DNA from: Chromera velia
Taxonomy: Eukaryota
Reading direction: 5' to 3'
Assembly (NCBI GenBank): GCA_018398765.1
Contig: JAHBMJ010000166.1
Span: 1 to 54,945 of the forward strand
Length of the DNA: 54,945 bases
The translations under genes were made by a program, and so were the position numbers. Under the pieces are notes generated by a model. That model searched no databases, was not told where the DNA came from, and was given only the letters and a program-made list of their open reading frames with translations. Shown piece by piece: positions 34,897 through 47,967 of the stretch; within the stretch, counting starts at the first letter, position 1; each line of letters starts with the position of its first letter.

Positions 34897-37800
34897 TCTC
34901 TTACTTTTCCACCACCCATGCCGATGACCAAAAAACAGAGAAGCAACCCTGCAGGATCGTTAGATCGAATCTGACTCCGACCGAAGTCCTGCCAGACTCT
35001 TGTGCTCCTCCAGCGAAAACAAAAATAAGTCAATGTGACAGCTCGCGGACATGAAGTTACTGACGAAGTTGGAAGAAGAAGAAAAATATAGATTTGCAGT
35101 CCATGAAGTCAGCGCGGGGCACACCAGGCGGATGGGGAGCTGCCATCAGCTGCATGGTGATTTTTACATTAGTGCCTTGTCAGTGCATGCATGTGGTGAA
35201 ACCGGCGCGCGCGGCCGGCCGGCTCTATATACGAACAAAAGTTTATGTGAACTTTCACTTGAATCTTGGGCCCTTTAAAGCGTTAGACCCCGCGCTTGGG
35301 ACCCCGAAAGGCCGCTCGCACGGAGTTCGGCACTTAATTTCTCCGCGACCCGCTCCCGGCCTTCTCACATCTTCTGACAGACGGTCTTTCTGATATTTTC
35401 TGATATCGAATCTGATCATTTCAGATGATCGAAGAATCCGCACGTATCGATGCATAGAATGAGCATAAGAACGAGCAAAGCGCTAATTAATGAAATCATC
35501 AATGGCACTTTGTGACTCTTGTGGGCTTCGATTGATTTTCACACCTAGCGAGGAGACTTGTGGTTTAATACGCAACACTCAATCTGTCTCGAGTCCTGCA
35601 GAGTCCTGAAAATGTTGCACGGGCTGCTTAAGATATAAATCAGGCAGCTGACAGGTACATCCCGTCAGTGGGCCTGAGAGGTCGGAATGATAACACAGAG
35701 AGTCGCAGAGGACATACAGCCCTATAGAAGAAATCTATGAAGACCGCTTCTAGAGACCGCTTTTGATCTGACACGCAAGTTCAATCGCCCCGTCTCCTCC
35801 ATGCAACAGTCCCCATGCATGTGCAGCGCCAGACCCCTTCGTATCCCTTCGTCCGCCCCATTCATTTACGCCAACACTCTGCGCCCAGCTAGGCGAGGGT
35901 ATGATGGAGGGCCTCGAGGGTACACGCACGCTCCTTGAAGGCGGAATTTTTTCCAATGGCAATGCACGCACTAGCATCTATCCGTATCTACGGATACGGC
36001 CCGCTGTGGAGGAGAATTCCGGGGCTTGATCGAGGGCGCACGGCTTGACAGGCCCGGAGGGGGGTATACTTTGAGGTGCCGGGAGGAAGAAGACCGGAGG
36101 GGGCATGAATGCATGCACGGATCAATCCTGCCTGTTTGGCTGGCTGGTTGGTTGGTTGGATATCTCGCCAGAACGCAACGCCGGGCTGCCTGCATGCATG
36201 GCATGCACTGCCGATGGCTGCTGCATGCCCATGCATTGGGGAGGTAACTGGCCCCTCGACCGCATGATTGTTTATTGAGCTTTCGGTCGACAGATGAGGA
36301 ATCACATGGAGACATGTAGATGATCATCGACTTCGCAGAAGGACGGGGAGACGCTCAGGTGATCCCACCAGAAGCTCCTGCATGTGAGTCACCAATGAAT
36401 GCATACATCTAACGCCAATGCCGTCTTTCAACATTCGCCAAGCAAGAATAGAAACAAATGCAGGCTTGCCTCTTTTCCTGCATCCGGCACTCCCTCGCAT
36501 GTTTTTTTCTCATAAGTGAACGCGGTTTTTGACGACGACGTCACGTGCAGACTTTTTCTCCTTCTATTTCTGTTGCCCACTTCAGCATTCATTTCTTTTC
36601 TTCTCCTCTTCCTATTCCTCGTCTCTTCACTGTCTTCTCCCCAGTCCTGTTGAGGCCTGAGCACCAGCAGACCGCAGCCCTCCGGATGCTGCGGAGGCCA
36701 TGAGGGTCCCTCCGGCCGAATCGGATCCAACACCAGCGACACTCGTGAGAGTGGAGTCCTCGACTCTTCTGTCGGTTCTGGAAAGGAGGAATCTGCCCCC
36801 CCTGTCGTTAGCAGCGGCCAGAGTGGCTCCAATCCCGACACTTACAAGGAGGGGATCACCACGCGCATGGAGGTGAAGCGCAACTCCGCAAAGGAGAGCC
36901 AGTCCGGGGTGCTCCACACTACCCCCGAAAAAGATGGTGCGCCTCCTCTTCTTCCTTCTCCTTATCTCTCTGTTTGTGTGCGCCCACCTGGTGGTCCTCC
37001 TGATCAAGGGGGGTTTGGGCTTGGAGGTCTGTGGGGGTCTGTTGGCGGAGGAGAGGGAGAAGGGGAAAGAAAGGGAGAAGGAGCTTGCCGTCTGCCGCCG
37101 CCTCGTCTCCCTCCATACTGTGGAGGCTGAGAGAGCGATGAGAAAGAGAGAGAAGAAGAAGGAGATCAAGGGGCCTGCCTTCTTTGACCTCGCCCCCCCC
37201 AAGAGGGGGAGAACCTTGAAAAGAGGAGGAAAAGGAAGCAGACAGAGAGAGAGATAAAGAGAAACAGAAAGAGAAAGAGAAAGAGGGGGGAAAGTCAAGC
37301 AAGTAAGAAAGGAGAGAGGCCGACCCTTCTCGAAATCATAAGACAGGCCCGCACATAGATTGTTCTCTCCGGCCGGAGTTTTGTGTCCCTCTCCGTCATT
37401 TGGCTCTTGTCAGTCATTTAGATTTCTCTGTGACTGAAAATTCATTCAATTCGTTCTCAGTTGGATTTTATTTACGTTCTCTTCCCTCCCTTCCGCTCTG
37501 TCTCCCTCCCTCACTTTTCACTTTTTTCTGCCTTTTGTGGCGGCTGCGTATCGCGTGCTCGCCCGAAGAAGCGGTAAGTGGTCTTACCGCGGCTTTTTCT
37601 CTCGTCCTCTATCTATCTATTTTCCCAGCTCGCCTCTATCTGTGCGCATTCATGCATGCATGCATGCCTCCTTCCTTCCTTCCTTCCTTTGTTCCCCATT
37701 TCTGGTCTCTCCCTCTTTTTAGCATGCAACTGCTCCGAAATCTGAGTCCGAATTGCTCCTTCCCACTCATTTTTTCTTTCTCTGTGAATCAGCCGTGCTG

Positions 37801-39536
37801 TCTTTCATTGTTTTCCCTCTTCCTTCTTCTTTCGTCTTTACGAAGCTTGACGAAGCTCCGGCCACACACACACTTTTCCCCTTGTGTATACTGTCATTGA
37901 CAGTGCATGCATCATTTAGATCTGTTGAACGAGAAAACTGATAGACAAGCCACTGATTCTCCAGATCTGTCGCAGATTGCATGTGTTACGCAACCTAATG
38001 CAACCTAGTACCTAGGGTAATATGCAACTCTGTTTGTGATATCATTGCAGCCAATGCAGTCGGTATGATATAATTAACATGTGATTAGTAGTGAATCAGC
38101 CAGTGATTCAGCATCAATAACAAATAAATTTTACAGCTTAACCAGGATACTAGTGGTAAAATACTCTAGGTAAGATAGTAGTAAGTAATTTTTACTTGAA
38201 GTCAAAGTACTTAACCTGCATGAAATCTAGACTCATTCTAGCTCAAACTTGCAGGCTAGCTTGCAGGGCCCCCGGTAATTCCCACCTAAATTCCCATGAA
38301 GGTATTTCCTGTCAAATTCCTCAGTGAGAGGCAACGAATACAAAAAATTAAATGGATACACCTAGGGATACACACGCGTATCTGTCTGAAGCGAGCCAAC
38401 TGACTCTCGCGCACACTCTCCCTTTCTTGTTTTGTTTTCGTGTTTGCATGCGCGTCCCTAGCTGCGTGACAGTCGATCTGCATGAGTCATGATGCATGTG
38501 CATCTCCCTCTCTCGATGTACACATGCATGCAGTTCTAGATGCAGTTGGGAGGGACCCTTATCATAGCATCCCAGCTCGATTGCTCCGTGGCTGTCCTTC
38601 TCATCTTTATTTACAAAGGGAGTCTTTAAGGGACAAGGACGAACATCATTCTCGAATTAATTCACTGGCATACACACGCCACAACAAGACCGCCTGTCCG
38701 GCCTGACAGACACGGCCCGCAGAGAGAGACCAGGAAGGAAGGAAGAAAGGCACAGAGGCCGAAGGAGGGAAGAGCGGAATTCACAGAAAGAATTAACAGA
38801 ATTAAGGGAAGGATGAAAGAGAAGACGCACACACACGATGAGCGGACCCGCAATCTACAGCCCTACAAGGGTCAAGAGGAAAGAAGGAAAAGGAATGGGG
38901 GGGCCGGAGGAACCGAACGAAGTAAGGAGGACGTACGCAAAAGGGCGGGCCATGCATCGATTGATCGATCGACCGGTACCAGGAGGGGATGCGGTGAAGG
39001 GCGAGAGCGAAGTAAAGGAAAAGTAAAGGGGAAAGAAGAAAATCACGAAGAAGAGCGGAATGAAGAGGAATGGAAACAAAAGAAATACTCCCATACGCAC
39101 GCACGTTGGCAGCTCTGTCAATCAGCCATACAGAAAGCACTGTGGGGGTCTGCTTACTCCCTCAGGCGGCTGCCTGCCCCCCTTTCACCCTTCCATGCAG
39201 TCACGAGGGAGGAAAATGGATGGAGTCATGATGGGTGGGGGACAGCAGAGATGGAGGAGGGAGAGAAGGATCGATCGATTGATCGAAAGAAAGAAGAAAT
39301 CACTGCCTGTGAGCACCTACATGTACACAGGCAAAAAAAAAGCAAGAGACGAAATTTCAACGTGCCAAAGGGTCCCCACGCCCCCCCCTTACAAACACCG
39401 ACGGGTTCATTCCACCCCCGGTCGTGCAGCCGCTCTTACAAGACAAATGAGAGGGAGGAAAGGAATCTCTGCATAGATAGATACACAAATAAATGAATAG
39501 ATAGTTGCTGAATTCCGCCCTCCCTCGCTCCCTCCC

Positions 39537-40837
39537 TCACCAGACCCTCCCGTTCTTCTCGACCTTCAGACCTGAGGCATTGAATTCGACTGCGAAGGCC
39601 TCTCTGTCCATTCCGATCTCCATCCAGTCCCCCTCTCTGAACCCACTCAACCTGGTCATCTGCTGACCCATCTTCCCCTTTCCTCTCCCCCCACTCTTCC
39701 CCCCGTCCCCTTCTTCTTTTTCCTTCCCATCTCCCCCCACACTGACAGGCCCTCGAGGATTCTCCCGAGGGGGGGCAGAAGAACTAGAGGAAGCAGCAGA
39801 GGCAGAGGCAGAGGCAGAGGCGGAAAGAGACTCCTGGTGTCGGGGGATGCCGCCCCACTTCATCATCTTCTGCACTCAGAACAACATAAAGATACTCAGT
39901 CAGTCAGTCAGTCACTGCTTCAGACAGACAGACAGACAGACCATGTGTTTCTTCTTCTCCCTTCTTTTCTTCATGAACACAACAGACAAAAGAAAGAAAG
40001 AACAAAGACAAAAGAACAGAACCAACAATCAAACAACGTGGACAGACAGACAGACAGACAGACAGGCACGAGCGAGGCTCAAATGCGATAAGGGGAAAGG
40101 AAAAGGCGGGGGGGGGGNNNNNNNNNNNNNNNNNNNNNNNNNNNNNNNNNNNNNNNNNNNNNNNNNNNNNNNNNNNNNNNNNNNNNNNNNNNNNNNNNNN
40201 NNNNNNNNNNNNNNNNNNNNNNNNNNNNNNNNNNNNNNNNNNNNNNNNNNNNNNNNNNNNNNNNNNNNGGGGGCGGGATGAAGCGGTAGAACTCTTCTTA
40301 CGTAATGTAGTCACAAACCTCTTTCCTTCCCTTATTCCTCCCTTCATTCTCGGGCCCGCAAGGCCAAAGAAGAAAAAGAAAAACAGAACAGAACCTTTTG
40401 AAGAAGCAGAAATCACACAACCTATCTCTTCTCTTGACAGTCGACTGACCCCTCCATCCCTCCCTCCCTCCCTGACTCACTCACTCACTGCCTCCCTGAT
40501 TGACCGACCTCCAGTTCTTCGTCCTCCACTTCCAGCCCTCCAGACGCAAACGCTTTCTGCAGAGACCCGGCAGTGATCTCTCTCTCCCCCTCTCCTTCTG
40601 TTCCTTTCCCCCTCCCCCTCAGGCCTCTCTCCGTGCCTGCAGCTGAGGGGGCTGCAGAGGTCCCTGGGGAGGTTTGACTCTCGACTTCCTTCTCCTTCTC
40701 TGTTCCTCCATCCTTCTTCTTCCTCTCACTCATCGCCTCCCAGAGAAAATCGAAGGCCTCCTCTCGGGCGGCACTCTTTGCCGTCTCCTGCTTGATTGAA
40801 GACATGGACACATACACACACACACACACACACACAG

Positions 40838-40884
<47 letters not shown>

Positions 40885-41840
40885 AGTCTGAATTCATCTG
40901 TCTATTCCCTTCAAGGGCAGTCAGTCGGGCCACTCTCTTCTCTGACGCACGCACAGGGGGACGGACGCGAAGGAAGAAATGCGAAGAGCTAGCTGCCTCG
41001 ATCATGCCTCATCCAGGGTTTTGTGCTGCATGTCCACCCAGGCCGACAGAATGAAGAGAGAGCTCTTCTTTTTTGAGGTAAGCAAGCGAAGGGAATTAAT
41101 CGAGTTGCCCTGAAAAGAGAATCAAGAGATTCCTTTCCTTACTTTCTTCCTTCCTGGAAAAATAAACAGACGACGTCTGGTTTGATCAGATCAAGTGCAT
41201 AAGTCGGAGCGTGCGTAAGAGAGTAAATGGGGGGAGGGCAAAAGGGGAGAAATAGAGCCAGCGTCGGTCTCCCTCACCTCCTCTTTGCGTCTAGCATCCT
41301 GAATTTTTTGTGCGTTGGTCCTCTTCCCCCCTCCCCCTCCCCCTTTGCCTTTTCCCCCGTGTCCTCTCCCATTTGGTGCGGAGGCTTCCGCTACTTCGTC
41401 CACATCCTCTGCACACACGGAAGAAGGCAGGGAAGGACGGGGGAGGAAGGCAGAGAGGGGAAGGAGAAAGAATATCACAAAAATGACCGGGGAAGGGAAA
41501 GGAGCATGCAGAAACAGACGAAAAATTAATCGGACAGACATAGACGGAAGGAAGAACAAAAGCAGGCTGAGAGCAAAGAAGAGAGTCATATCCACCCATC
41601 ACCCCACACCCATTGGTTGATTGATTATCCAATCGATTGTGTTTCATTGAAGGTGTGCGTAGTTTCCTCTGTCCAGAACCGACCCAATGCAGTTCGGCAG
41701 GCCTTCAAGAGGAGTGCTCGCTCGCTCAATCACGGAATCAAACATGCAGGGAGTTGGCCAGTCAGCAGCACATCAGTAGGGTAAGACATCGTTATTTCTG
41801 TCTCATTTTCCGCTTCCTCGCTCCCCTTGACCTCTTGTCT

Positions 41841-41912
<72 letters not shown>

Positions 41913-44900
41913 TGCGTGCCGTGCCTCTCACTCTCTCACACACACAGTGGTACGGCCCGGTGACGGACCTTCAAGAGCTCCTCCTCCTTTCCTCCCCCCC
42001 TTCGTGCTCCCAATCGCAGCCTGAGCGGATTTCTGTCCCTTCTCTCCTGCTCCTCCCCCTTTCTCATCCTCATCGTATGACGAATCTCCGTCAGAGTCCC
42101 TCTGTCGAATGAGACGACGGCGGGGGGGCTGCTTTGGCTGGCTGGCTGCTGACGCGGAGGCAGAAGCAGAAGCAGAAGCTGCGTGCTGCTCTCCCCCCTC
42201 CTCTCTACTTTCCCCCTCTTCCTTTTCTTCTTCCGAAGAGGAGACTAGGTCCACCGGATCTTTCTGTTGATCTTCAGCAGAGGCAGAGAAGGACGCAATG
42301 AGATCTCTTTTTCTCTTGGCAGCTGCGGCTTTGGCCTCTCGTTTCTCCCGTCTCTCCTTCTCCTGTCTCCGTCTCTTTCTCTCCGCCTTCTTCACTGCAG
42401 CTGCTTTCTGGGCCTTCGACCTCATCCGTCTCCTCTTTGCTCTACCGTCCCCCTCTTCCTCGTCCTCTTCCTCCTCCTCGTCGTCTGAATCCACAGGACG
42501 ACGGGTCTTTCTGGCTGCAGCCCTGGCAGGCTGTCTGCGTCTTTTGACAGGGGCAAAATCAGATTCCTCTCCGACATCGGAAGATTCCCCGAACCCGCTG
42601 CTGCTCTTGTCGGAATCCTCTGAGTCTTCACTCTCCTCCTCATCGGACTCACGAAAGTCCTCATCTTGATCTACATCGTCCGAAGAAATGCCCCCTCCCA
42701 ACAAACCCCACGCAGCCGCATCCTCCTCCTCCTCCTCCATCTGCGTCTTCTTTCTGGTTGCTGTCATGCGCTCATCCTCTATGTCTTCTACCTCTATCGT
42801 CAGGGGGGCACTCGGGGGGGGGCTCCCTGCCCCCCGTGCTTCTTCTGCCTCCTCTCTCTCACGCTCCTCCCTCTGTTTCCGTTCTCTCTCTCTCCTAGCG
42901 GCATCGAGTTTTGCCTGTATGTGGGGGGGGCACTGAATAGAGGCCCACTTGCCCGTCTTCTTCTTTTCGGGTTGAGGACCCCCGGTCCCCCCCTCGGCGG
43001 TGCCCTCCCCTTTTGCTGGGGCTGCTCTTTCAGATTCCCCCCCCGTTTTGTTCTCTCGCTCTCGCTCTCTGCCCCTGTCTCTGTCTGCGCCCGTACCGCT
43101 TTCCCCCGAGTTTAGCTCGGCAGCCGAACGGGAAAGAGCGAGGGCCATCTGCATCTGCAAACGCATGCGTTCGGTCGGGCATGAAGGTTCCGTGCAACCT
43201 TGCTGTGAAGTGACCAGTGTTGAAAGTGTCATGCGTGGGTGGATTTGATCGGCAGCAACGAAAGAAGAAGAACAGAAGGGATGGGTGGGAGCGTTTTTGC
43301 TTGCAGATATGCACTCAGAAAAAAAGAAGAGTAACATTGGCAGGCAGAAACGAAAAATCAAATGTGCAGCAATGCAGGGAAAACGAAACCACCAGGAGTA
43401 GAGAAGATGCGGGAGGGGGACGCCGAGATCAGACCGGCAGAAGAATACCAAAACAGCTAGAGGAAAAGAAAAAATGGGGCCGGGGGGAGAGAAGGGGGGG
43501 AACCGGAAAACCAATGCGACAATAAATAGCCAGACAAAGGAGAGCAGAGGGTGGGTGCGAAAGGAGAAAATGCATATAATAAATAGCCTCGACGAGGTGG
43601 CCGGCTCGACGAGACAGAGGCATAGAAAGCGACCTCTCCGAATCGGAAAAAAATAAGGCAAACAGGACGGCAAGAAGGAACACGAGTCCAAAGGAAAGGA
43701 TATGGAGGAGGAAAACTCTATCAAACTCCACGTAATTGTGCATGTTGTGCCTTCCTTCTCTTCTGTGTTTTTGGAGGAGAGGCCCTTTTCGTCTCCGACA
43801 CTAAAACCCCCCCTTGCCTTGCCTTGGCTGCCTGCCTGAGTGACAGACTGACAGACTGACTTCTTCGTCGTCTTCTTCCTCGTCTTCGTCTTGCCTGTTC
43901 TGCTCTTTGCGTGCTCTCTTAGCCCCCCTCTCTTTCTTTCCCAGGCTTCCCTCCTCTTCCGCATCTTCATCTTCCACCTCGGTGTCTCTTTGTACACGTT
44001 TCACTGAACGGGACGCCGAGGCTGAAGCAGAAGCAGAAGCAGAGGAAGAAGACGCAGAAGCAGCCGAATTCCCCCCGTCTCTCTGCCCTTTGTGGTCACT
44101 CTCCGTTTCTCTTTTTCTTTTGCTCTTGCCTGATTGGCCCTCTCTACTCTTGTCCCTGCTCTTCTTCCCACCACTCCCCCCGGGGGCGTCATCTTCAATT
44201 TCTCTGCCAGCTCCCCCTCCAGCCGGCTGGTCAGCCATCGACAGGGACATTGCAATCGCCAGCTGCATGCACAGAACATGCATTTATTTTCATACAGAAT
44301 TCTGTTTCATTCTGTATGAAAACGAATGCAGCCATTGACAGGGACATGGCAATCGCCAGCTGCATGTACAGAACAGAACAGGAGACGATAGAGAAGACAT
44401 GTTCTGCAAAGTTGACTGTGGGGAACCAAAAAAGCTCTTCAAAGACAAAGAAGCAACCGCGCAGGGAAAGCACGTGACGAGGGAGGGAGGGAGATCACGA
44501 CAGCGAGCCCTCTGTCAGTCTGTCTGTCTGAAAAGTGCTGCCTACCCCAGTAGGTTTTCACTTCTGTCTGTGGCACTTTTCTCGAGCCCCTCTGCCTCTC
44601 TTGTCATCTTTCTGCCTGCTTGCCTGCCTGACTGCTTGCCTGCCTGACTGCCTGCCTGAATGCCTGACTGCTTGCCTGCCTGACTGCCTGCCTGAATGCC
44701 TGCCTGCTTGCCTGCCTGAATGCCTGCTTGCCTGCCTGCCTGACTGCTTGCCTGCCTGACTGCCTGCCTGAATGCCTGCTTGCCTGCCTGAATGTCCTAC
44801 TGCCCCCCAACCCGCTCACCCACCCACCCTCATCTCCTCATCCATCTCATCGTCATCAACAGCCTCCTCTGCACAGAAAAACAAGAAGGAGGGGAAAGAA

Positions 44901-45066
44901 AATGGCATACATGCATGAGCAGGGAACGTACGCCCAGAACAGCCACACGAAGTCAATAATCAGCAACCAGGGAAAATTTTAGCCAGGACAGGGAGAGGGG
45001 TAGGAGACGGGTTGACGTACGGGCTGCGGGTGCAACCGCGCGCCGTTCTCTTCCGCTTCGACGCAT
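39537..45066 (-). CDS. Low-complexity charged protein with two ubiquitin-interacting motifs and a C-terminal degenerate EF-hand (centrin/calmodulin-like) pair, about 810 aa
   Basis: Phase-consistent exons 45066-45021, 44868-44828, 44262-43861, 43154-41954, 41408-41278, 40787-40509, 39869-39537. UIM-like MDEEMR|LAIAMSLS and EDDEE|MQMALALSRS; AREEAFDFL...ITAGSLQKAFASGGLEVEDEELE|KMMK...MDREAF. The final TGA overlaps a possible donor, and a gap at 40118-40268 could hide an exon. Confidence 0.8.
44615..44792. repeat. (TGCC)n-derived compound microsatellite (intronic)
   Basis: TGCC/TGCT/TGAC/TGAA tetramers in a recurring higher-order pattern. Confidence 0.9.
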
Positions 45067-45433
45067 TGCGGGTCTCTTTTTTCTTCTACAAGCAGCTCGC
45101 TCTTCTGTCTTTTGAGGCTGCTGCTCCTTTGCTCTCCTCTTCTCTCGCTTTTTTGGGCCCAAAGGGGAGGAACTGCGGCCGGCAGGAAAAGCGCCAGTCA
45201 ACCTGATCGGTGACCCAGACAACAGATGCTCTGATTTCGCACAACGTAGTCTTCTCGAGCTCGTAGTTTCAAATTCCAGCCAATGGATCACACTCAAGAA
45301 AACAAGATGCTGGCGCAGTCATTCGAATTATTGTGCCACAGCATTGCCACAGCTCTCTTTGCTTTCGATCAACGAACAAAATCCATGCATGGGCCAGATC
45401 GAGAGTCCGAAACTCAGCGCATGCACAAAATTG

Positions 45434-45651
45434 GGGGGCTCGTACAAAATACCTTATGCAACGGCGTTGCATAAGAGGGCTGGAGGGGGGGGGNNNNNNG
45501 GGGGGGGGGGTCTTATGCGGAGGTGGTCCCCGCCGCATTCTAGGATGCAATACATACGCGCCGCCGCCTTATGCAACCGGCAAATTGATGGCTTTGGGGG
45601 GGTGGGGGGGTTATGCAACGCCGTTGCACAAAGTATTTTGTACGAGTCCCC
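45434..45651. mobile_element. MITE, 218 bp, 41-bp TIR, 3-bp TSD (Tourist/PIF-Harbinger-like)
   Basis: TIRs 45434-45474 and 45611-45651 match at 38/41 (GGGGGCTCGTACAAAATACCTTATGCAACGGCGTTGCATAA). TTG directly flanks both ends. Contains an N gap. Confidence 0.8.
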
Positions 45652-46363
45652 TTGCGTGCAGGCAGCTGTGCGCGGCGGCGCACCTCAGCGGCCCTGTCGA
45701 TCATATATACAGATATCGAGCTATAGAGCTGAGACCGCGCGCGGCGCCGCCGCGCCGCGCCCCATGGCTGCAGTCTGACTGACTGCATGCAATGATTCTC
45801 ACTGATTGACTCCATATTGACTCCGCTTGACTCTTCTTCTCGAGATGCGTGATTAGAAGCCATGCAAGCAGCGAAAAGGAGGTCTGCAGATGAAAACTCT
45901 TCTTGCAGCATTTAGATTCTGAAACCGTTCTAGAGTTTAGCCTTGCGGGAGCAGACACCTAAGTCACGTCTGTCTGTTGCAGGGACCGAGGGAAGGCAAG
46001 ACCCCTAGCTGTTGTTCCCTTCGTGTCGAACGAAACGACGAACGGCAGCGGCGGTGTTGTGCACCAAAGGGTGTGGCGCCATCGACAAACACGAGTCTGA
46101 GAGAACCCACACACTCAATGAAACGTCCGTCCGTCCAGAGAGAGAGACAGAAAGAGACAGAAAGGCTTTTCGTTCTCTCAATTGTGCACGTGTATGAAAT
46201 ACAAACGATTATATACATACTGCCGTCTACTTTGCGCTTCTGTCTGCAGGCTACGGACCTTGTGAATACGAACGGAGGAACCCAGTGAGAGGTTCCCAAG
46301 GGGATCCCTGGGACTATTCGGCCGATGACAGTCAGTCAATGCATGCAGAGAAGAACTTGAAGA

Positions 46364-46819
46364 ATGACTGACCTTGATGATGGTACTGTTGTTTGCCTCC
46401 TTTCCCCCGCCTACCTGTCCATCTGTCTCACCCCCCTTCCCCAACCTGTCTGTCTGCAGCCTACCAGCAGCGGTCACCTCACAGAGGCGGCAGGGTGACC
46501 ATTCCAGACCCCCCCCTTTACTTCGGCAGGACGCCCTTGCCCAACCAGCGAATCCCTCTCGAAGGTCAGGCAGGCGAAGAGGTTAAACGGTGCAATCTGC
46601 CTGGTAACCTGTCTGAGAAGAAGCCGCAAACGCGAAAAGAAAGGGCAAGTGAAGGGTATAGGAGAGATGCCCTCCACGGTCGGTCGTGTGACCTTCTTGC
46701 CGCTCTATGCATGTGAGTGCGATGCGCTTTTGAGTGTGTGTGTTTCGGTATGTGTCTGTGTGCGTTTGCGTGTGCGTGCGTGCGGGCGTATGTCTGTAAC
46801 AGTAAGCTTGTGTGTGTGC

Positions 46820-46904
<85 letters not shown>

Positions 46905-47967
46905 CGTGTGTCTGTGTGTGTGTGAGTGAGAGAGAGAGAGAGTCTCCCTCCATATCTCTGTATGTCTGTGTGCGTGCAGACCCAGGAGAGGAGGGTCCCC
47001 TCAACTTCCCCCCCGTCCCCCTAGCTGACGGTNCCCCGCCAGTGCAGTCATCCCCCCTCCCCCCGCCCCTCCCAAAAACTTCAAGTCCCCCCCCAAGAAG
47101 CTCCCCTCCAACTCTCTCTACGACGCCCCCCCTTACTCAAAGTCCCAAGACAGCAGCCCCCCCAACTATCCGAACCCTGATAGGGGACACAGAACCTCCA
47201 GAGACGGCGTGCCACAAGTCCCAGAGCTCAGACCTGACGCACAGAGACTCGGGAACAGATGCGCATACATCTCAGACCTACCCAACAAAGCTACATTCCC
47301 TCCCTACCGTCCTTCCACCTCACCCCCCCAACAGACAACCGCCGTCTCCCCCTTCAGTTTTCGTCCCACCGCCCGCTCTCCAACCCCCAACCCCGAGCCA
47401 CAAAGGGGCCAAAGGACACGCAGCCCTCCCAGAGACGAACCAAAAACAATCCTCAAATCCCCCTCAGGAGCCAGGTCTCCATCCCCCAAACACAACGTCC
47501 GTTTTCCCTCCCCTGCCTCGCCCAGACACTCTCCCCCTCGAGGCCCATTCCCCCAGCCGAGGGGCGGATGGATGACGGAGGAAGACTGGTATGCAGCCAT
47601 GGCACGGCCCCGAACGGCAAATTTCCGTGCAAGCCCCCCCCGCCCCCCCAGTCCAGTCCCGTACGCTGCCGCCGTCCCCATGACCGCGGCACCGGCCCGT
47701 GAGTCTCCAGAGGCCCGCGCGGTCCCTGCCAGCGACCCCTTCGGTCTCCGGGAGCGTCCCACCTCACCTTCTAACATCGCACCGGCACGCCGCGCCTCTC
47801 CACCAACCAGGTATGCCCCTCCAGTCCAATCAGCCCCGTCTCCCCGACCGCGCGGTGCCCTCCCTTCCCAGGCCGCAGGAGCAAGGGGCACTGCGAGGAA
47901 GAGCTCTTCTCCCTTCCAGATTGCCCTCAACGTCCGTAACGGAGCCCTGACGCTCGAGAGGTATTGA
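46364..47967 (+). CDS. Pro/Ser/Arg-rich hypothetical protein
   Basis: Exons 46364-46382, 46460-46678 and 46980-47967 splice in phase up to the N at 47033. After the N, the frame 47035-47967 is open ([22 protein letters not shown]...[15 protein letters not shown]), so the apparent frameshift coincides with an assembly gap. Confidence 0.65.

Noticed and set aside
36320..37130. Possible small + strand gene (exon-like 36320-36383 and 36645-36936)
   Set aside because: I could not join the pieces in frame without stops and recognised no domain; may be a real short gene or a relic, but unsupported.
46649..47575. 308-aa ORF as a complete gene, or a programmed frameshift at about 47033
   Set aside because: It begins in an intron microsatellite, and the frame change coincides with an N, so an assembly gap is the simpler explanation.
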